Origin: Raillietiella orientalis
Lineage: Eukaryota
Length of the DNA: 20,000 bases
Reading direction: 5' to 3'
Assembly (NCBI GenBank): GCA_036172245.1
Contig: JAYWIR010000144.1
Location: 45,852-65,851 of the forward strand
Notes under the pieces: generated by a model
Databases searched by the model: none
What the model was told of the DNA's origin: nothing
The model's input: only the letters and a program-made list of their open reading frames with translations
Program-made: the position numbers and the translations under genes
Part shown: positions 1-8,670 of the stretch, one piece after another
Numbering within the stretch: the first letter of the stretch is position 1
Layout: the number at the start of each line of letters is the position of its first letter

Positions 1-13
1 GGATCTTTCGGAA

Positions 14-3000
14 ATGGTCAGCAGCATCGACCACGTCTTCCTGGATGTCGACCTGTGTTCACGGGTAGGCAAACGGGGGAAAGTTGCGTCGGAGCTGTCT
101 GACCATTTCCGGTTGATATTCGAGGTGTGCCCGCGCGACAAGGGCCCCCCATCCAGGGCGTGGCGTCTGCCTGGGGAATGGACGCGACTCTTAGGTGCGA
201 AGGAACACCTTCGGGAATTCCTGAGAGGCGTCACCATCCGCAATCTCAATGATTGGGACCTTTTTAAGGCCTCGGTCCGCGAGTTTTGCGAGGAGTTCCC
301 CTTGCACCTCCTGCCCCAGGGATTTGGTAAGGGCATCCGTAACGAACGAGCGTACTTGTATGCCCGTCGTTACTCGAGGACCCCCAATGTCCGTCGCCTG
401 GCAGAGTACCGAGCCGGGGCCGAACGTCAAGCCTGGCAATCCGGATCGGCCAGCTTGCTGGACGACCAGGGCCGTAAGCACTCGGCTCCGGCTAGAATAC
501 GGCACCTCGTGCGGCGTTTATATTCCTCCCTTCACGCCAGGGCGCCCCCGGACCAAGATGCCTCTTGGCGCTTGCTTCCGAACGGTGCCCCGGCAATAGG
601 GGAGGAGGAGAAGGAAAGCCTCGACGAGCCTTTTACCACCGGCGAAATTCTCGCCGGTATCAAAAGGCTCAAGAGGCGGAAAGCGCCAGGGGAGTACGGC
701 CTGCCTGCGGAGTTATTTTAATGCTTCGCGGCAGAGTTGGCACCCCTGGTGCTTGAGTTGACAAGGCTGATCCGAGATGAAGGCGATGTACCCGCCTCGT
801 TTCGGTCAGCCAGAGTGAGGCTCCTTCCGAAAGGAGGAGACCTCAGGAAACTCAGCAGCTGGCGTCCGATCACAATTGTGAACACGTACGCCAAGCTGAT
901 CGCCGGACTGTGGGCTTCGCGTCTGGGTCAGGTGGCCAATTCCATAATTAGCCCGGAGCAGAATTACGCTGTTCCCGGGCAAAGTATGGAGGCCAGCCTC
1001 TTGTTCGCGAGCACATGGTTTCATGTGCAGAGTAGTAAAGAAAAGGAAGAGAGAAGGATTGGCAGCCCCGCTTTGGGGGCGTCAGCCGGGCAGGGACAGG
1101 ACTCCCAGGTGGGGAAGGGAGCCCTAGCGATCGCAGCCGATCTGCATAAAGCGTTTGACTGCGTGGACAAGGATCTCCTGCTGGAGCTCCTGGGACGCAT
1201 GGGCTTCCCTCCCTCCCTACTGACCCAGCTGCGCTCTTGCTGGCGCAGCGCGCTGATTAATATCTCTTTCAGAGGTCAAATGGCGTACGGCGTGCCGGTA
1301 CGGCGGAACATACGGCAGGGCGACAGCCTCAGTCCCCTGCTCTTTAGCACCTACTTTGAGTTGGTGCTGAGAGCGTACAGGGTGACTTTGGCCCCCTTGC
1401 CGAGCTCGTGTCCCGGCACGCCCGCCGTTGCAGCGCACGCCGACGATCTTTTGCTTCTGTTGCCGATGTCCACCCCGGCGAAGGCGGTCGGGGATTTCTT
1501 CGATCTGCTTAGCCGCGGGACCGGACTGCAGGTCAACAGGGCGAAGTCGACGGTGGTTCCAGTCGGTGCGGCGTGGGCTGGGCAGATGGACTAAGTCCGC
1601 TTGGAGATCCCCACGGCGAGGTGCTGGAAGTACCTTGGTGTGCCGTTGAAGGACTACCCTCCTGCGGAAGCGTGGTCCGGCTGCCTCCAAAAAGTGGAAA
1701 CGGCGATCGGCCCGTTCCTGGAAGACAAGTTTCTCCTTCCGGAACGGGCCTAGATATGGAACGCGTTCGCGGCTCCTATCCCCTGCCCCCTGCTTTTTGT
1801 TTGCCCCGTCCCCAGAGTGTTGAAAATACGGACGAAGGACCACCTGAGAATTGCTCTTTGGGGAAGAGGGAGGCCCCGAGTCCCGTTGAAGGACTTGTGT
1901 GCTCCACGTCGGGATGGCGGTCTGGGCCTCTTGACGATGGAGCGTTTAGAGATTCAGCTGCGGTGGCGAACCTTCGCCATCGCAGCGAAGTTATGGAGCA
2001 CTTCTTGGTGCGTTCCAGCCCGACTCCTTGCCAGCCGTGTATCCTGGACGGAGGGTCTCGCGTCCTATCTTCTCTGCCGTGGCAAGAAGATCAAGAGATG
2101 CGGACTTCTCCTGGGACGCATGGCAACTCTGGCTAAGGAAAACGGCTGGATAGTATGAAGCCCCGCCAACTCCTCCGCATGTCTGGAGGAGACAGCTGGC
2201 ACGTGGGCGAAGATAAAGCAGCAGAACGGAGAGATGTGGAACTGCGTGCGACGCGGCGCCTATTCCCTCTGCACTCTGCGGAAGATACTCCAGTGTCCCG
2301 CGAGAAGCACGTGGGCAGAGACAACCCCCCTAGCTACGGCAATGCCCTTCCTGAGGAGGGCGCTCTCGAGTAGCCGCAAGCCTAGGTGGCAAGTCTCCTG
2401 TCGCATCGCAGGCTAGGAGAAGTTGATCAGCGGCTGGTCCACGGGTAAACTGGCGGACGCCAGTACCCCTAGTGTCCAGCCGAGAGGACTGCAGAGATGG
2501 GGCGAGCTACTCGGCATCCAGCCGGATGACCTGAAGTGGCCCTCGGTATTAATTGGATCTAGGATCCTCCCCCTGAAGTGGCAGGAGTCGGCGCTTCTGT
2601 TGTTGCATTGGGGTCTACCCTGCAACGCACGCCGTTACCACTGGACCAGGGATCGAGTAGATCCTACCTGCATCAGGTGTGGGGAACGGGAAACTCTCCC
2701 CCACCTCCTTGTTGATTGTGCTGCACTCCGACCCCTGTGGGAACGTCTTCGTGCCTCCCTACGGATCCAGGAGGGCAGCCAGCCCAGAGACGTTTTTCGG
2801 TTTCTGTTCCTGCATGATGCATTGCGTCCAGGCGCTTTTCTGGCTGCACTTTGCTGCGTACGCGGGATTGTGACGTGCTGGAGCAACGTCGGAAGACCGA
2901 GTCACGACAGGGATGCCGTCGTACTTGCAGTCTGCTACCTGCGGTTGGTGACCAGATGGCCCCACGTGGGAATTATACGGACGGACCTCGAGGGCATCCT

Positions 3001-3034
3001 GCGAAGGATGGACCCTTTTCCCAGTGGTCAGTGA
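14..3034 (+). pseudogene. ORF2 (APE endonuclease-reverse transcriptase), single frame with five premature stops
   Basis: Track ORFs 14-721, 737-1594, 1817-2158, 2234-2416 and 2423-3034 share one frame. Stops end at 721, 1594, 1753, 2158 and 2416. YADD reads HADD here. Confidence 0.93.
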
Positions 3035-3243
3035 TCCTTCCCCAACCCTCCCAAATCTTTTTGTTTTTATGTTTTATTTTTCTTTTTGTTTTTCCCCCCA
3101 CCCCTTTCCGCTGCCGAGGAGAGTCGCGCCGGTCTGCGTACCGGCGACCCGGCAGGTCCAGTTGAGTTGGCCGTAGTGGGGCCTCGTACCACGAATCAAA
3201 GAGAATTTTTAATAAACGCCCCGGCGTGACCGGGTGGCAACAA
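3035..3243 (+). promoter_or_regulatory. 3' UTR of copy 1: C/T-rich tract, nested stem-loop, AATAAA, terminal hairpin
   Basis: CTGCCG(3111)/CGGCAG(3150) encloses CGCCGGT-ctgcgt-ACCGGCG. AATAAA is at 3211-3216 and a CCGG-cgtga-CCGG hairpin at ~3218-3238. Homologous to four other UTRs in the window. Confidence 0.8.
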
Positions 3244-4702
3244 TCAACTTGGCATCCGCATTCACTATTGTGATGGGACGCCAGTTGTTCATGCTCCTCA
3301 GATCTCCTCCCTTAGGGAGAAGCTGCACCTTTGCCGAACGAAACGAGGCGGGAACGTCACCTGTCTCGCGTATCAGCAAGGTGAGTTGATGTACCAGGGG
3401 GGTTAGCTCAGCCGCGAAAGTTTGATAAAACTCCGCGGACAGGCCGTCCTCCCCTGTAGCCTTTCGCCTCTTGAGCTTTCCGATGGCCGAGATGATCTCG
3501 CCCATCGTGAAGGACTCGTCGAGGGACTTTTTCTCTTCTTCCCCGATCGCAAGAGCGCCTTCCGGAAGCAGGATCCGTGAGAAATCCCGCTCGGGAGGCG
3601 TTCTTGCGTACAGGGAGGAGTAAAAACGCCGCAGCAGACCGCGGATCTGAGCGGTTGCCGAATGCTCCTGGCCCTGATCTTCCAGCAAGCTGGCCGATCC
3701 TGACTGCCAGGCTTGCCTCTCGGCTCCCGCTTTGTAATCCGTTATCCTGCGGATGTCGGGGGTCCTGGCGGAACGGCGAGCCTGCAGATAGGCTCGTTCG
3801 TTACGTACCCCGTTTCGAAATCCCGCAGGTAGTCGGTGCAGAGGGAACTGGTCGCAGAACTCCTGGACCGAACGTTTACAGCGGTCTCAATCCTGAAGTG
3901 TCTGCATCCTAAAGCTCCGTATAAACGTGCGGAGATGTTCCGTCGCGTCCGGGAGCTTCTTTCAGTCCCTTGGCAAAGGCCACGCTGACGAGGGGGGGCC
4001 CCTCTCGCGCGGATGGATTTCAAACACGATTGGTCGATGGTCGGACAACTCGCACGGCAACTTGCAGCGCCTGCCCACACGAGTGCACAGGTGTTCGTCA
4101 AGGAACACGTGATCGATGTTGTCCTCCATCCCTGGTACACTGGCCAACAAATTACAAGTGTGCACCGCCGCGCACACCTCGTTGACCAGGTCACGCTCGT
4201 GATTCGTCCCATGCGGTTTCAGACGAACGTTAAAATCGACTGCCACCAGATGGGCATTCCGCACGCCTGCCTCGGTCAACCAGTCGCGATGGAGGGCAAG
4301 GAAAAATTCTTTCGTGGCCCTCCTGTTCGTCAGGTCCGCTCCGCTCGGGGCGTAAACGTTCGTAACGATCAGGTCGATGGAGACGGACCAGCTGAGAGTC
4401 AGCTAGCCGACACGACCGTGATCGTCGAATCGAACTCCACGGGCGGCGGCCTTGATGGCGGGCCGAAGCAGGTAGGAGACACCACAACTTCTCGATGTTC
4501 CACACCGATACCACAGCCGCCCTCCGTAGATGCGTTCGATCGACTGCGCTTGTTCTGCAGAGATCACATGGATCTCCTGCAGCAGCACAAGGTCGAACGA
4601 TCCTAGAATGGCGGCCATGTCTCGTCTCCTGCCGGCGTCTGTCATGCCGTTCACGTTACAAACGGCGATGCGCAGACGACAGCGGGAGGAGATTCCCGGC
4701 AT
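3241..4702 (-). pseudogene. ORF2 N-terminal part (APE endonuclease, linker, first RT motifs), disrupted
   Basis: Track ORFs 4403-4702, 3962-4279 and 3209-3688 are successive pieces separated by stops and frameshifts. Confidence 0.9.
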
Positions 4703-6420
4703 TACTGCCGGGAAGATGACGGTGAGAGGGAACCCGCCTCTTCCGACGCGGGTGAGATGACCATTAAGGTTTCAGCCTCCTCAGGCACCTTGGGTACCTT
4801 TCCTGCTTCAGGCCCCTCCATCTCCTCCGTGTCTGTGGGTGGTGGTCTCTTCGGTGACGATTCCCGGGATTCTCCCACGCTCATGGCATCCTCGCAGTCG
4901 GAAGTGATCTCCACGCCTTCGACCTGGAGAGGGACTTTCCGGGGTTTGCTGGACTTCCTTGCAGCCTTCCGGCGGGGTGCCGCGGAGATGGAAACTTGGT
5001 TTCCGGCCTGCGCTTCGGGGTCGGAAGTTACCGACTCCTCGGTGGAGGCCGGACGCCTCACTGCTTTTTTGCCAGCCTTGAAGGGTTCTGGCGGCAACGA
5101 TGCAGCCAGCTCCTCCGCCGCACGCTCGAAGGCGGCGTCATCGATCACGATCACGATGACGGACGCTTCCGCCGGTTCGTTCCCCACGCTGTTTACATTT
5201 TCAACAGTGGGTTGCTCGTCGGTAGCAGCGATTTCTACCTTGCGGCGTTCGGCGGGGACGCGTTCCACGACGATGCTGCATTCTTTTAAATTCTCGCTAA
5301 CCTGCTGTTTTTTATTTTTGTAGGCGAGCTTTTTTTCAATTCGTCGTTCTTTCTTCGACTTTTTTTTCTTTTTCGCTGTGACTTCTTGCCATTCCCACAC
5401 CTGATCGCTTTTGTCGATCTTTTCGGCATTGGTTGCCGGGGTGTCGGCTGAGGCCTGGACCACGGGAGTGGGTGGCACAGCTTGAGCGGCAGCCTTTGCC
5501 GCCAGTTTTTTCTGTAACAGCCGCGCGCGTTTTTTTAGGTTCCTCGCGGAAACCACGCGCACAGCGGATTGTGGACACACTTCCTTCGTGTGGCCCATTC
5601 TCACGCATACCAGGCACTGTACGTTGGGGCACCTCCTTTTGAGGTGTACCGACGTGTTACAGAAGCCACAGTATTTTGGCTTCCTTACGTACCAGAGGTC
5701 GACGCTTTCTCCGCCGACCACCAGTTTGTGGGGAAGGGTAGAGCCCTCGCGAACAATTACACAAGCAGCCGTGAGGCCGCACTCAACTGTGGTATAGTCC
5801 TCGAAAGGACGAGGCTTGGTCCATACTGCATGGACCGTGCCTTCTTTGCCCAACGCGGCGCGTAACTGTTTATTCCGCATCCGCGCGGTAACTCTTAAAA
5901 GGTGGACCACCATAATGTGGTCCGCCGTAACGGGAAGGAGCCTGCGTGTCTCCATTACCACGGGGGTTTTATGCAGACGTTGGGCCAGATCTGCATGTTG
6001 GCAGATCACCTCTACGTACTGCCCCCCGCTACGAATGGTCATAGCGCAGAGCTCCTTCTCTTTAACATCGAAAGCGCGCATCCCCTTCGAAGAGGCGCGC
6101 GCACTCTCAGAAGAATACAAATTTCCTACCTTGTAGAATAGTGATGGGTGATACCCCTCTTCCACATTGGAAGATTATTCCGCCGCGGCTGCAGGCGATG
6201 GCGCCGACACGACGGCGCTATACGCCCGCGCTGCAGCAAGGACCGGTTTTGTGGGGGCGAACGCCCCCACCTATTTCGCCTCTGAAGGCGACGTTGCCGC
6301 CGCCTCCTGGCACTCCACCTTCTCTACAGGCTACGTTGCCGCCGCCACCTGGCACTCCATTTCTTCAGGAGGCGACGTTGCCACCGCCTCCTGACACGCA
6401 CTGGTGGTCGTGTCAGGCAT
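4702..6420 (-). pseudogene. ORF1 (gag-like nucleic-acid-binding protein, two CX2CX4HX4C knuckles, Lys-rich/low-complexity C-terminus)
   Basis: Knuckles read CGFCNTSVHLKRRC-PNVQ-CLVCVRMGHTKEVC. The frame of track ORF 4702-6165 extends to an in-frame ATG at 6418-6420 (MPDTTTS...) through three stops (6331-6333, 6271-6273, 6175-6177) and aligns with the copy 4 ORF1 N-terminus. Confidence 0.88.
6287..6397. repeat. 42-bp imperfect tandem repeat (~2.6 units) in the ORF1 N-terminus
   Basis: ACGTTGCC recurs at 6291, 6333 and 6375. The minus strand encodes a 14-aa unit resembling CQEAAATSPxExxE. Confidence 0.9.
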
Positions 6421-6504
6421 TGCTGCCTGATCGACCACCATCACACACGAAGCCTACACCTAGGGACGGTTCCCGGCACGAGGAGCACCGAGGAAACACG
6501 TCCG

Positions 6505-8670
6505 CTCTAGCCGACGTAAAGCTTTCGACTGCGTCGACCAGGAGCTACTTCTGGAGCTACTGGAACGCTTGGGATTTCCGGCCGTCTTCCTGGCCTACCT
6601 GCGCTCCTGCTTGCGCTTCGCGCTTATCAATATGAATTTCAGCGGCCGGCACGTGTTCGGCGTGCCGGTTCGTCGTGGCATCCAGTAGGGTGACAGCCTA
6701 AGCCCCCTGCTCTTCAGCATTTACTTTGAGTTGGTGCTGAGAGCATACGGGGAGACTTTGGCAACCCTGCCTAGCTCGTGCCCCGGCACGCCTGCCGTGT
6801 CGGCCTATGCCGACGATCTTCTGCTCCTGCTTTCCGGGTCCACCCCGGCATCCGCGTTCTAGGATTTCTTTGACGTGCTATACCGTGGGACAGGTTTCCA
6901 GCTAAACAGGTCGAAGTCGTCGTTGCTTCTCACCGACTCTACGAGGGCCGGACGGTCGGACTGGATCCGCTTGGGGATCCCCACGGGCAGGTACATCAAG
7001 TACCTTGGCGTTTTGTTGAGGGACTTCTGCTCTGCAGAAGCCTGGTCCGACCGTCTACAAAAAGTGGAGCTGGCAATCGGCCCGTACCGGGACGGCAAGT
7101 TTCACTTGAAGGAACGGGCCACGGTATGGAACGCTTTCGCGGCCCCCCTCCTTCTCCCCCTACTTTTTGTGTGTCCTATCCCGTACCAAATCAGGACACG
7201 GACTAGGGGCCTTATACGGAAAGCCCTCTGGTGCAACCGGAAGCCCCGCGTCCGGCTCAAAGACTTGTGCGCTCCAGGCAGCGACGGTGGACTTGGTCTC
7301 CTGACGTTGGAGCGCATGGAGCGACAGCTCCAATTCAGAAAACTTGCCCTTGTGGCAAAGTTTTGGACAGCACCCTGGTGTGCAACGGCAAGACTCCTTG
7401 CTCACAGGGCAACCGGCGGCTTTGGATTGACTTCAATCCTGGTAGCCAACGAACGCAGCCTGAACCATTGTGGTTATCAGCTGCGGGATTTGGTTGCCCT
7501 TCTGAGAGACAACTCTTGGATCTCCTGCATCCCAGCAGACTGGACTACCTGGATTCAGGACTCCGTTTCCGCATGGGCGAAGATCAATGGCACCAGCCAT
7601 GAGGACCTCTCCTGTCTCCGCAGAGGGAGGCACGCTGGTCAACCACTGCAGGAGATCGCCCGCAGCCCACGGAAGCTTCTGTGGGCCTCCTTCTCCCCTC
7701 TTGCCCCGGTGCTGCCCTCCATCAGGGAAGTTCGGGACAGCCAGCAGGAGGCATCGTGGGGAGTGTACTGCCTCATCGGAGGCAGGAAGAAATCACTGAA
7801 GGCGTGGACGCCGAGGGAACTAGCGGACGCTAGTACCCCGAGTGTCCCGCCGAACGGACTTTTAGGCTGAGGCGCGCTGCTCGAACTATCTCCAGAGGAG
7901 GTAAAGTGGCCCCCAGCGTCATGGGACAACGGCACCCTTCCTCTGCAGTGGCAGGAGACGGGGTTGCTTCTGCTCCACTGGGCACTTTTAAGCAGAGCAC
8001 GCCTGTCTCGCTGGACAACAAGAAATGTGGATGCTAGTTGTGCACAGTGCGGGGAAAGGGAGACCTTCCCTCACTTGATTCTGGAGTGTGTTGCCCTCCG
8101 CGAAATGTGGGAAAGACTCTCGTCGATCCTCAACATTTCGGAGGGTGACCCAAAAATTTTATTCAGACGCATTCTGACGCGAGAGGGCTTGTCAGCCTCC
8201 GGGAGCGTAGCAGTACTCTGCTGCATACGCGGTATCCTGGAGAAGTGCACCGCGTCTAGGAGAGGAAGGACCAGCCGGAATGCCATCCACTGGGCAGCGA
8301 TCTCCTTGGAGAAAGCGTGCCGTTGGCGCCGACTTCAAAAACATTTGCCAGCACTTGTTCGCATCCGAAACCGGATGCTAAGGCCTGCTCACGGCGCACC
8401 GTGATCTACTCCCTCCCTTCCCCTCCCCAAAAAAACATTGCCCTCCAGGCGTTTTTCTTTTTTTTGTTTTTGTTTCCTTTCATTTTTCCCTTCCCGGTGC
8501 CAGTGAAGGAACTTATCGGCCTCCGAGTCGATAGGGACAAGTGCTACTGAACTTCTGAACTGAACGTCTGACGTCGTAAAAAGGAAAATTTTAACAACAT
8601 AAACTTTATTACAAAATTTTGTAATGTTAAAATTTTAGTATTTAAAGCCCCGGCTTACCCGGATGAAAAA
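6505..8670 (+). mobile_element. Copy 3: 5'-truncated LINE (RT from KAFD onward, C-terminal zinc finger, 3' UTR)
   Basis: KAFDCVDQELLLELL at ~6519, GDSLSPLLF, intact YADDL (~6806), KYLGV, CAQCGERETFPHLILEC and a stop at 8404. The UTR ends in a CCGG-cttac-CCGG hairpin plus A5. Confidence 0.93.

Larger units (their letters stand above)
1..3243 (+). mobile_element. Copy 1: LINE 3' portion (EN C-terminus, RT, C-terminal zinc finger, 3' UTR); 5' part lies outside the window
   Basis: Motifs in order: IDHVF..SDH, KAPGEYGLPAE, WRPITIVN, DLHKAFDCV, IRQGDSLSPLLF, HADDL, KYLGV, CIRCGERETLPHLLVDC, followed by a 3' UTR with AATAAA at 3211. Confidence 0.95.
3241..6420 (-). mobile_element. Copy 2: ORF1 + EN + start of RT, 3'-truncated where copy 1 ends
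   Basis: ORF1 is followed by CNVNGM, LQEIH, VDFN, IDHVF, SDH, KATGEDGLSAEFY and WRPITIVNADAKLI. Homology to copy 1 stops at ~3241. Confidence 0.93.

Noticed and set aside
737..1594. RT as retron, DGR, group II intron or LTR element; HADD as a functional variant
   Set aside because: APE-RT-CCHC order, a knuckle ORF1 and QGDSLSPLLF indicate a non-LTR element, and no LTR, protease or integrase is seen. Copy 3 has YADD, so HADD is a one-base decay.
3105..3243. 3' UTR motif as a hammerhead, HDV-like or hairpin ribozyme, SECIS or tRNA
   Set aside because: I found no conserved CUGANGA/GAAA core, nested double pseudoknot, SECIS quartet or cloverleaf across copies by eye. It is kept only as an unassigned structured motif.
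6141..6635. Proline-rich ORF with ATLPPPPGTP repeats
   Set aside because: It is the antisense reading of the 42-bp ORF1 repeat and runs across a junction between two elements.
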